Shown here: piece after piece, positions 27,379-35,924 of the stretch
Numbering within the stretch: the stretch's first letter is position 1
How the letters are laid out: each line of letters opens with the position of its first letter
NCBI GenBank assembly: GCA_012841575.1
Contig: DUUL01000030.1
Coordinates: forward strand, 1 to 39,783
Direction of reading: 5' to 3'
Length of the DNA: 39,783 nt
Origin: Candidatus Moraniibacteriota bacterium
Lineage (GTDB): Bacteria; Patescibacteriota; Minisyncoccia; Moranbacterales; DUUL01
Program-made: the position numbers and the translations under genes
The notes under the pieces: model-generated
The model's input: only the letters and a program-made list of their open reading frames with translations
What the model was told of the DNA's origin: nothing
The model's database searches: none

Positions 27379-27621
27379 TTAGTTGTATTTACAAGAAGAG
27401 ATTATCTTCTTGCTAGATAATTCTTTGGCTTTTGAAGTATCAACTTCCACATAGCCTAGTGTTGCCAAAATAGCCTTAGCTTTATTCACGTCCCCCTCAA
27501 AAGAAATCTCACCAGATTGAAGCTCAACTCTTACATTCTTCATGCCCGCACCAAAAAGTTCCGCTATTATCTTAGCCTCACCCCCACCACACCTTAAATT
27601 AACTACTTTAATAGTATTCAT
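27379..27621 (-). CDS. Heavy-metal-associated (HMA)-like small protein with a degenerate CxxC
   Basis: IKVVNLRCGGGEAKI...NVRVEL...LATLGY follows the HMA fold pattern; the second Cys is Gly. Confidence 0.7.
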   Translation of the reverse strand: MNTIKVVNLRCGGGEAKIIAELFGAGMKNVRVELQSGEISFEGDVNKAKAILATLGYVEVDTSKAKELSSKKIISSCKYN

Positions 27622-27666
27622 TACTTGAACTTATTGATTATTATTGCATTTGGTATAACCTAGGTC

Positions 27667-28656
27667 TTATTGATTTTTATTTTCTACTCCCTGGAAAATA
27701 TTTCTAATTACTCGGTCAATTCCCATTTCATCAATCTGAAAATCATCTGTGGGTAAATTGGTCGACAACAATTTCTTTACCACTTCCTTGGCCTCTTTTC
27801 GATCTACTTTTAACCTAGCTCTCACTCCCTCAAATTCAATTATCTTCCCAAATTCTACTAAATCATTCTTGTTAACTGGCTGACTAAAAGTAACCGTAAT
27901 AATTTTACTATCAGCATAATTGTCAATTAATTTGCTTAATAAACCATCATAGAAGATTTTTTGATTAATAATCACCACTCGCTTGCACAATTTCTGAATG
28001 TCCTCCATATAATGAGAGGTTAAAATGATAGTAGTATTTTTCTCTCGATTATACTTCAAGAGAAAATCTCGAATATTTTTTTGTGCCACCACATCCAAAC
28101 CAATTGTCGGTTCGTCTAGAAATAAAACTTTTGGACTGTGCAGAAGTGCACTAACCAATTCACACTTCATCCGCTCGCCTAAAGATAAGTTTCTCACAGG
28201 AATATTTAGGTTATCACCAATCCCCAAAAGAGCCACTAATTCATCTAATGTCTTTTTGAACTGACCTTTCTCTATTTCATAAATTTTCTGATTCAACAAA
28301 AAACTTTCCATCGCTGGTAAGTCCCACCAGAGTTGATTTTTCTGACCCATTAAAAGAGCAAATTGTCGCTTGTAAGCATTTTGATGTTGCCAAGGGTCAA
28401 AGCCTAAAACTCTGATCTTACCCCTAGTTGGTTGCACAATTCCTGAGAGCATTTTCAGCGTTGTCGTCTTTCCTGCTCCATTTGGACCTAAAAAACCAAT
28501 AAATTCTCCTTGTTTAACTGAAAAGCTAATTTCTTGAACTGCTTTTTTCTCAATTATTTCCGGAGAAAATAAGTTTTTAATCCCCATCCAAACACCAGGT
28601 GATTTTTTATTGGAGAAATAAGACTTACTCAAATTTTTCACTTCAATGGTTGCCAT
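27667..28656 (-). CDS. ABC transporter ATP-binding protein
   Basis: GPNGAGKTT, LSLGERMKCEL, LFLDEPTIGLD and LTSHYM. Confidence 0.95.
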   Translation of the reverse strand: MATIEVKNLSKSYFSNKKSPGVWMGIKNLFSPEIIEKKAVQEISFSVKQGEFIGFLGPNGAGKTTTLKMLSGIVQPTRGKIRVLGFDPWQHQNAYKRQFALLMGQKNQLWWDLPAMESFLLNQKIYEIEKGQFKKTLDELVALLGIGDNLNIPVRNLSLGERMKCELVSALLHSPKVLFLDEPTIGLDVVAQKNIRDFLLKYNREKNTTIILTSHYMEDIQKLCKRVVIINQKIFYDGLLSKLIDNYADSKIITVTFSQPVNKNDLVEFGKIIEFEGVRARLKVDRKEAKEVVKKLLSTNLPTDDFQIDEMGIDRVIRNIFQGVENKNQ

Positions 28657-28825
28657 AAAAAAATATTATAATTTGTTATGTTATGTCTCAGTTATGTTGT
28701 ACTTTATATGTCTGAATTTAGCAGATCACTTTCATTTTAGCTATTCTTCATTAAACATCAAACCTTCTTTTTCTTTAAAATTAAATTATTAAAAAATTAA
28801 GTGAGCGTTAAAAGGCTATCTCTTA

Positions 28826-29641
28826 TTAACTCGATGCGCTAGCGTAGCGATCAAGTCCCTTTCTCCAGATTAACCGACTGAGCCCTAAAAAAATCAGTGC
28901 TATTGAGGTTGAACCTAAAACCAGCCAAAGATTAAAACCTCCAAAGAAAATCTTAGCAGGAACTGTTCCGACAAAAGCAATGGGAAGAACAGAGGCTAGA
29001 ATTAGCTGAAAAACTTTTCCCTTAAAAATATCTGTTGGGTATTGTCCTGCTCTTAAAATTGAGTTAACTAAATATTGACTCGTACCAGATTCAATCGTCC
29101 AAAAAGCAATCGTATTTAAAATCATACTAATAGAGCAAATAATTACTAGTGCATTGAATAAGGTGATTGAATAACCAACCACACCTAAAAACAAGCCCAA
29201 GCCGGTCAAATCTGTATGCCAAGCAGCAAAAATAATTACTCCCAATCCCAAAAAAGTATCTACAAAATTTTCAAGGTCTCCTCGATAGATTAACTCTAAA
29301 AATTGCCCGTCAATTGGCTTAATCAAAATTCCATCTAATTGTCCTTGCCGAATATGCTTACGTAAAGCATTAAAAAATCCAAAAAAAGTCCAACAGATCC
29401 CCTCTAAAAACCAAACTGTTCCAGCAATCATCAAAACCTGATGATACTCCCAATCATTAATTTTTTCCACCCAACTAAAAATTACATTAAAAAAAACTAG
29501 ATTTAAAGTAATCTGCACCCCCGCTCCAAACATCAGCCATAAAAGATTAAACCGATAAGCTAATCGCTCCAAAAAATTAACTTTTTTGAAGTAAATAAAA
29601 ATTCCCCAATATTTTTTAATTCTATGCACCAAAACCTTCAT
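28826..29641 (-). CDS. ABC-2 family permease (DUF990/ABC2_membrane_6)
   Basis: GQLDGILIKPIDGQF, YPTDIF, six TM segments and YASASS C-terminus. ATG at 29641 preferred over the longer 29692 start. Confidence 0.88.
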   Translation of the reverse strand: MKVLVHRIKKYWGIFIYFKKVNFLERLAYRFNLLWLMFGAGVQITLNLVFFNVIFSWVEKINDWEYHQVLMIAGTVWFLEGICWTFFGFFNALRKHIRQGQLDGILIKPIDGQFLELIYRGDLENFVDTFLGLGVIIFAAWHTDLTGLGLFLGVVGYSITLFNALVIICSISMILNTIAFWTIESGTSQYLVNSILRAGQYPTDIFKGKVFQLILASVLPIAFVGTVPAKIFFGGFNLWLVLGSTSIALIFLGLSRLIWRKGLDRYASASS

Positions 29642-30416
29642 ATTTTTCAATCCCCTTTTTAAAAATAAATCTTGATAGAAAATAAAGCCCAATAAGCCAA
29701 ATTAGTCCTGGCAAAAAAATTGTCCACTCTAATTCAATAGCTCTTTGAAAAACTTGAATCGGCATCCAAACAATGTGCTTAAATGGCAACCAATTAACTA
29801 ATCGCTCTATAAAATCTGGAAACAAATTGAGGGGAATTATATTGCCAGCAAAGAAAAACATAATCATTCTCATAGAAAAATTTAAGCCCTGCACTAGTCC
29901 CAACCAAAAAGTCAAAATTCCCACTAGGAAAAAAATAAAAAAATTAATCCCTAGGGCTAATAGAATCGCTATTAGAAAAAAACCATTCCGCTCCCAGTCA
30001 GTTACGCCCAACCAAACTAAATCAAATTTAAATAGAGCAAAAAACAAAAGTAGCCCTACCATCAAACTGAGATTAAAAACTGTTTTTCCTAAAATAACAC
30101 TAAAAGTTCTCCCAATGTAGTTAATTGGTTGCAATAACAACCCAGTAACCACTCCAGAGCTTACCTCATCTCCCACTTTCCACGCCACATCTGGCCCTTG
30201 AATTGTAAAACCAATAAAGGTTGAAATTAGATAGTAAACAACTAGACTGTCTAAAGAATATTCACCCACTACTCCTCCTTGTTCATAAATTGCCCACCAA
30301 AGAAAAATATAAATTCCCAATGATGTCAATTGCGAAAAAAACAAGAAAAAAATATTTGCTCGATAAATCAAAGACTCTGTAACTGAATTCTTAAAAAATA
30401 GAAAATATTTACTCAT
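29622..30416 (-). CDS. ABC-2 family permease (DUF990/ABC2_membrane_6)
   Basis: YRANIF, SGVVTGLLLQPINY, GNIIPLNLFP, LPFKHI and YEGFGA. ATG at 30416 preferred over 30428. Confidence 0.88.
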   Translation of the reverse strand: MSKYFLFFKNSVTESLIYRANIFFLFFSQLTSLGIYIFLWWAIYEQGGVVGEYSLDSLVVYYLISTFIGFTIQGPDVAWKVGDEVSSGVVTGLLLQPINYIGRTFSVILGKTVFNLSLMVGLLLFFALFKFDLVWLGVTDWERNGFFLIAILLALGINFFIFFLVGILTFWLGLVQGLNFSMRMIMFFFAGNIIPLNLFPDFIERLVNWLPFKHIVWMPIQVFQRAIELEWTIFLPGLIWLIGLYFLSRFIFKKGIEKYEGFGA

Positions 30417-30478
30417 AAAACGAACCAACAGAAAAATATTAAAGGTAACTTAGCTTAATTAATATCACACTTAACTCT

Positions 30479-30512
30479 AAAAAAACAAGCCCCTTTGACA
30501 AAGGACTTGTTT
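30479..30512 (-). terminator. Rho-independent terminator after the DUF4870-like gene
   Basis: Minus strand AAACAAGTCCTTT-GTC-AAAGGGGCTTGTTT followed by a T run. Confidence 0.65.
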
Positions 30513-30538
30513 GAAGAATTTTTACCTTGTCGGAAAAT

Positions 30539-30904
30539 TTATTTGATTAGTTTTATTTTACCAATCAATGGCAACTCCTTCATTTTACCACCCGACGCAT
30601 TAATCACTCCCATCACAGCCATCACTATCAAGAAAATCGTTCCTAAAGGCAAAATGAAAAACAAACTCAAAAGATCTGGTAGAATAGCATTCATAAAATA
30701 AACAGCAATAAGTACAAGCAACAGACTCAACTGCTGATTAGAGTGAAACTTGGCAAATGGACTATCTTTCGCATCGGTTACCAACGGAATAAAGAACAAA
30801 ACTGGGATGATGTAGCCAATGATCGCCATTGCCTTATTTTGTTCTGCATCTTTTGAATCAGCTACAACTTCTGCTGACTCAGCTACCTTCTTTTCTTCTG
30901 CCAT
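30539..30904 (-). CDS. DUF4870-like small membrane protein
   Basis: NKAMAIIGYI, SPFAKFHSNQ and GVINASGGKMKELPLIG pattern. Confidence 0.85.
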   Translation of the reverse strand: MAEEKKVAESAEVVADSKDAEQNKAMAIIGYIIPVLFFIPLVTDAKDSPFAKFHSNQQLSLLLVLIAVYFMNAILPDLLSLFFILPLGTIFLIVMAVMGVINASGGKMKELPLIGKIKLIK

Positions 30905-30976
30905 AGTTTTAAAATAATTAGTTAAACTTTAGTTAATTATACCACATTCTAGGAGATGTCAAGTCTTCTTTTTTCC

Positions 30977-32827
30977 TTATCTCAAAAAATCCCTTCTTAA
31001 TTCCTCTTGTCCTCCATGGGGGACAAAAATATCATCTAATCCAATAATTTTTACAGAAGCTTTAACGTCTCTCTTAGCTAAAACTTCTAAAATCGAACTC
31101 CCTAATCCACCAGTCTTGACGTTCTCCTCTAAAATTGTCACTTGCGCAACTCCGTTTAAAGAATTAATCATTCTCTCATCTAAGGGCTTTACAAACCGCG
31201 CGTTCCAAAGTGCACAATTTCTTTTATTGTTTGCTATTTTTCTTGCTATTTTTTCTAGCGGACCGGTAAAAATTACAACTTCCTCATTCCCTTCCTGCAA
31301 AATTTCCGCTTCGCCTAACCTAACCACTTGTCGTATTTCTTCTCTTTCTCTATTCACTTCTGCAATTCCTCTTGGATACCTAAGTGCAACTGGTCCTTCT
31401 TGTTTCAATGCAAATTCCAGCATCATTTCTAGCTCTATTCCGTCACACGGTGCCATCAAAGTTAAATTAGGAATAATTCTTAGATAGCTTAAATCAAAAA
31501 CCCCATGATGAGTGGCTCCATCATTTCCTACCAACCCCGCTCGATCAATTGCAAAGATCACCGGAAGGTTTTGCAAACAGACATCGTGAATAACTTGATC
31601 AAAGGCTCGTTGCAAAAAAGTGCTGTAAAGCGCTACTATTGGTCGAAAACCTTTCTTAGCTAGACCCGCTGCAAATGCCACTGCATGCTGCTCACAAATT
31701 CCCACATCAAAAAACTGCTCTGGCCTTTCATTGGCTAACCTGTAAAGCCCAGTTCCATCAGCCATAGCAGCAGTTATGCCAATAATTTGGGGATTTTTCT
31801 TAGCAAGTTCTAGTGTTTTTTCACCAAAAACATCAGTAAAAGTTTTCTCTTCTAACTTCCGCCTACTTTGTCCATTGCTAATAATAAAGGGGCTCACTCC
31901 ATGAAATCTTTCCGCTCGTTTTTCTGCTGGAGAATAACCCATCCCCTTAATAGTGCGAGTATGAATTAACACTGGTCCATATTTTCTAGCCTTACTTTCT
32001 GCAAATCTCAATGTTCTTACCAAGTCTTTAATTGAGTGCCCGTCCACTGGTCCAAGGTAGTGAATTCCTAGTTTTTCAAAAAGCAAACCAGGTGTTCCAA
32101 CTTCCTTAAAAGCTTTTTTTAGAAAATGTAAATCTTTCAAGCACCGCCCCTTATCATCTTCACAATTCTTCACTAATTTGGTCATCCTCTCTCTTACAAC
32201 TTGATAAATTTCAGTTTTCTCAATCCGCTTAGTATATTCACTTAACGCCCCCACATTCTCTGCAATTGACATCCGATTGTCATTAAGCACAATAATCACT
32301 GGAGTTCCTAGATAGCCAATTTGATTAATGGCTTCAAGCGCCACTCCACCCGTGAAGGCTCCGTCTCCAATCACCACCACCGTTCTTCGACTGCTTTGTT
32401 TTCTTCTCTCTGCTTCAGCTAGCCCCATTGCAGTTGAAATTGAAACACTTGCATGACCAGTCTTGAATAAATCAAACGGACTCTCAGCGGGATCAGGAAA
32501 ACCACTCAAACCACCACGCATTCTTAATTTTCCAAATTTATTTTTTCGCCCAGTCAAAATTTTGTGCGGGTAACATTGGTGCCCCACATCAAAAACTAAA
32601 TTGTCTTCGGGCAAATCTAAAAATCGATGAATGGCTAAAGTGACTTCTACCACACCTAAATTACTAGCTAAGTGCCCGCCAGTTCTTGAAACTTTCTTAA
32701 CTAAAAATGCTCTCATCTCGTCCGCTAACTGATCTAATTGTCGAAAAGAAAGTTTTTTTAGATCGCTAGAAGATTTAATTTTTTCTAAAACGCTCCCCGA
32801 CTTTCTATTTTTAAGTTGTTTTTTCAT
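30977..32827 (-). CDS. dxs: 1-deoxy-D-xylulose-5-phosphate synthase
   Basis: GGHLASNLGVVE, FDVGHQCYPHKILTGR, GDGAFTGG...LNDNRMSI, YSTFLQRAFDQ and DRAGLVGNDGATHHG. Confidence 0.96.
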   Translation of the reverse strand: MKKQLKNRKSGSVLEKIKSSSDLKKLSFRQLDQLADEMRAFLVKKVSRTGGHLASNLGVVEVTLAIHRFLDLPEDNLVFDVGHQCYPHKILTGRKNKFGKLRMRGGLSGFPDPAESPFDLFKTGHASVSISTAMGLAEAERRKQSSRRTVVVIGDGAFTGGVALEAINQIGYLGTPVIIVLNDNRMSIAENVGALSEYTKRIEKTEIYQVVRERMTKLVKNCEDDKGRCLKDLHFLKKAFKEVGTPGLLFEKLGIHYLGPVDGHSIKDLVRTLRFAESKARKYGPVLIHTRTIKGMGYSPAEKRAERFHGVSPFIISNGQSRRKLEEKTFTDVFGEKTLELAKKNPQIIGITAAMADGTGLYRLANERPEQFFDVGICEQHAVAFAAGLAKKGFRPIVALYSTFLQRAFDQVIHDVCLQNLPVIFAIDRAGLVGNDGATHHGVFDLSYLRIIPNLTLMAPCDGIELEMMLEFALKQEGPVALRYPRGIAEVNREREEIRQVVRLGEAEILQEGNEEVVIFTGPLEKIARKIANNKRNCALWNARFVKPLDERMINSLNGVAQVTILEENVKTGGLGSSILEVLAKRDVKASVKIIGLDDIFVPHGGQEELRRDFLR

Positions 32828-32900
32828 TGATTACTTTATTCTTCACTCAGCTCAAAGTCAGTTGATGCCTCAAAACTTACTCCCGATAATAAGTTATCAT

Positions 32901-32918
32901 TCTTTAAGCGCTTAAAGA
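32901..32918. promoter_or_regulatory. Perfect 18-bp palindrome upstream of dxs
   Basis: TCTTTAAGCGCTTAAAGA is its own reverse complement; function not established. Confidence 0.4.
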
Positions 32919-32947
32919 TCAGCATAGCAAATACTTCTGTGCTACCT

Positions 32948-35854
32948 TTAGTTAACCCTTACTTTTAAATTTTTTCTTTCTAATGAAACAATAATTTCCC
33001 TCATCAATTCATCTACTTCTTCTCCTGTCATTGTACGCTCATCTTGTCCAAAACTTAAATGAAAGGCTAGTGATTTTTGTTTAGTTTTTTGGTTTAAAAA
33101 AACATCAAACAGTTCAAGCTTTTTTAATGAATCGCCCGCAACTTGTCTTATAGATTTCTGCACAGACTCAACTGAGGTAAATTCTGGTGCAAATAACGAG
33201 ATGTCTCTTAAAACCCAGGGAAATTTAGGCAATGGCTGATAGATTTTACCTTTCTTCCCCAAAAACTCAAGTAGCAATTCAAAATCCAAATCTAAAAATA
33301 CTACTGGTTTTTTAATAGAATACTCAACAGCAAGTTTTGGTTCGATAATTCCCAAACGAGCTATTTCTTTTTTATTAATAACAATCACCGCCTCTCTGCC
33401 AGCCTGAAAAATATTTCTACTTTTTACCACTTCTTTAAATTCAAATTTCTCCACTGAAAGATTTTCTAATATGTTTTCTAGTGCACCTTTCATCTGATAA
33501 AACAACTTTTCTGCAGAAAGATTTTTATTAAAAATAACTGCTGCAAGTTTCAACTTTTCTATTGGCTCACCCATTTTGTTTTTCTCACAAATCCGAGCTA
33601 ATTCAAATATCCTGAACTCATCAAAATAGCGTGCATTATCGCCAGTCTTACGCAACATCATTGGCGCTAAGCTCAAACGCATTAAAGCCAGATCCTCACT
33701 ACTTGGTGCAATAATCTGCCAATGACTTTCTTCATCTAGACCAAAAATTTCTGCGTCTTTTTTGCTATAAAAAGAATAATTACGCAATTCATCAAAGCCC
33801 TGAGCTAACATCAAGTCCTTAATTTTCCACTCCAGATCTCTTCGTTGATTTACTGTGGGAACTTCTACTGAAGTAATTACTTCTCGAGCCTTTACTTTTT
33901 CGTAGCCTATTATCCGTCCAATTTCCTCAATTAAGTCATTTACTCCCTCAATGTCCAATCTCCATTCAGGCACTCTTACTTTTAATTTATCTTGCTCACC
34001 TTTTTGCACTGAAAAACCTAAGTTTCCCAAAATCGCTTTTCCTTCAATGAACTTTATTTTTTCTCCTAATAATTTTTCTGCTTTTTCTAGATTTAAAATA
34101 AGATTCTGTTTTTTAGACTGATGATAATTTTTATCCACCACTTCCAACAATTTTGCCCCAGCATACCTTTCCAAAAGCTCAATCGCTCTAAACATCGCCT
34201 GTTCAGCCAAAGTAGGAGAAAGTTCTTTTTCAAAACGTGCCTGTGATTCTGTGAGTAAAGAATGTCGCTGTCGACTCTTACGAACCCCAAAACCACTGAA
34301 GTGAGCTGATTCCAAAACAATTTTTGTTGTTTTTTCAGAAACTCCACTTTTCAAACCTCCTTTTATTCCAGCTAATGCCAGTGGCTTCTCTCCACTTGCA
34401 ATCAATAAATCACTTTCATCTAAAACTATTTTTTTCCCGTCTAACAACTCTAAATTTTCCTTTTTCTTTGCTTGTCGAATAACAATCTTCACTGCTTCCT
34501 TATCATCTTTAATTTTTTCTAAATCAAATGCATGAAGTGGATTTCCTACCTCCAACATTACATAGTTAGTAATGTCCACCACATTATTTATCGGCTCCAT
34601 CCCTGCCACTAACAATCTTTTTTGCATCCATCCTGGAGAGGGCTTAATTTTGATATTTTCTAAAACCGCCCCCATATATCGCGTGCACCCTTTCTTATTT
34701 TCCACATTAATTGTCAAGATTTTTGGTTTTCTAGTCGTAGTCCTTGCTTTTGTTTTTTTCAACTTTAATTTCCTCCCCTCCATTGCACAAATCTCCCTTG
34801 CTAAGCCAATGTGGCTTAAGCAATCGTGTGCTCGATTCGGCAAAATCGAAAATTCTAATATTTCATCATTAAACCCTAATGCCTTGGTTAATTCCATCCC
34901 CGGCCTTAACTTATCCACCTTCACTAAAGAATTTTTTTCACCTCCCCGTTCTAAAATTAAAATCCCTTCATGATTTTTTCCTAACATCAGCTCATCTTCC
35001 GCACACAACATTCCTTGAGATTTTACTCCTCTTATTTCTGTCGCTTCAATCTTCATTCTACTCTTGGGCACAATTGCTCCCACACACGCCACTGACACCC
35101 AATCATCTGTTTGAATATTTTTTGCTCCACAAACGACTTGCAATAAACCATTTCCACTGTTTTTACCATTCAAATAAGCCCAGTCTATTCTATCCTTACT
35201 TTTCAGCCTATTCTTAAGTTGACTAGCTTTAAATTTTTTTATAAAACGCTTACTCAAAACTAAAGCCCTTACTCCATTCAACTCTCTCTCCTTCTTCTCA
35301 AAATCATCTAGAGTTAGACCAAAATCTCCAGTAAAAAATCCCAAGTCAATTTCGATCTTAGCTTCATCTTGATAAGTCGCATTAGACAACTTATCGGTTA
35401 ATTTATTTTTTCCTATTTTTTTAAAACCCAGTTCTTCTAATAATTTATCTAACTTTTTAAACTGCTCTTTGTTTTTAACAATCAAATCTAAGTCACTATG
35501 TTCTCTGTAAACTATCCCTACATGAAAAGCACAAGCAAGACCACCGAGCAGCCAAGTTTTTATGCCCTTCTTTTCAGCTTCCTCTCTTATTTTTTTTAAC
35601 GAAGATAAAGTTAAATCTGTTTTCTTAAATGAAGATTTTCTATTTCCAATGTCTACCTTTACCACCTGCAGTCGATCAGCATTAGGATGTGGTTTGATTT
35701 CTAAAATCCTCCCTACACAAAAATCAACATACTGATCTTTTATTTCTTCACCTCCCTCAAACTCAAAACCTTTCAATCCCACCATTTCTGCCAATTTCCT
35801 GACAGTTTTCTTTGTCCCTGACAACTCCTTTAGCCATTGATAAGAATATTTCAT
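32948..35854 (-). CDS. pheT: Phenylalanine--tRNA ligase beta subunit with an inserted nucleotidyltransferase domain
   Basis: HPNADRL, VVCGAKN, RGVKSQGMLC, PNRAHDCLS, INNVVDITNYVMLE, DLIEEIGRIIGY and C-terminal FDX-ACB (RDISL, KSLAF). 968 aa, including a 164-aa insert. Confidence 0.97.
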   Translation of the reverse strand: MKYSYQWLKELSGTKKTVRKLAEMVGLKGFEFEGGEEIKDQYVDFCVGRILEIKPHPNADRLQVVKVDIGNRKSSFKKTDLTLSSLKKIREEAEKKGIKTWLLGGLACAFHVGIVYREHSDLDLIVKNKEQFKKLDKLLEELGFKKIGKNKLTDKLSNATYQDEAKIEIDLGFFTGDFGLTLDDFEKKERELNGVRALVLSKRFIKKFKASQLKNRLKSKDRIDWAYLNGKNSGNGLLQVVCGAKNIQTDDWVSVACVGAIVPKSRMKIEATEIRGVKSQGMLCAEDELMLGKNHEGILILERGGEKNSLVKVDKLRPGMELTKALGFNDEILEFSILPNRAHDCLSHIGLAREICAMEGRKLKLKKTKARTTTRKPKILTINVENKKGCTRYMGAVLENIKIKPSPGWMQKRLLVAGMEPINNVVDITNYVMLEVGNPLHAFDLEKIKDDKEAVKIVIRQAKKKENLELLDGKKIVLDESDLLIASGEKPLALAGIKGGLKSGVSEKTTKIVLESAHFSGFGVRKSRQRHSLLTESQARFEKELSPTLAEQAMFRAIELLERYAGAKLLEVVDKNYHQSKKQNLILNLEKAEKLLGEKIKFIEGKAILGNLGFSVQKGEQDKLKVRVPEWRLDIEGVNDLIEEIGRIIGYEKVKAREVITSVEVPTVNQRRDLEWKIKDLMLAQGFDELRNYSFYSKKDAEIFGLDEESHWQIIAPSSEDLALMRLSLAPMMLRKTGDNARYFDEFRIFELARICEKNKMGEPIEKLKLAAVIFNKNLSAEKLFYQMKGALENILENLSVEKFEFKEVVKSRNIFQAGREAVIVINKKEIARLGIIEPKLAVEYSIKKPVVFLDLDFELLLEFLGKKGKIYQPLPKFPWVLRDISLFAPEFTSVESVQKSIRQVAGDSLKKLELFDVFLNQKTKQKSLAFHLSFGQDERTMTGEEVDELMREIIVSLERKNLKVRVN
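35150..35648 (-). other. In-frame inserted Pol-beta-superfamily nucleotidyltransferase domain bounded by a 7-bp direct repeat
   Basis: WLLGGLACAFHVGIVYREHSDLDL and IEIDL motifs; ATTTCCA at 35150-35156 and 35642-35648. Confidence 0.85.
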
Positions 35855-35924
35855 CCTTTTAATTTAACTGCTTATTAAAATCAAACAAAGACTTAGCCTC
35901 TAAGCTTAAAAATTACTTCTTGAC

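Noticed and set aside
28675-28697. Three GTTATGT repeats upstream of the ABC ATPase
   Set aside because: Short, irregularly spaced and in AT-rich DNA; insufficient support for a binding site.
32828-32947. TPP riboswitch upstream of dxs
   Set aside because: The conserved CUGAGA and CCUGA...AGCGUAGGGA cores are not present.
35150-35648. Intein or intron explanation for the pheT insert
   Set aside because: No N-terminal Cys/Ser Hint block, no terminal His-Asn and no homing-endonuclease motif. The insert is an open frame with NTase motifs.
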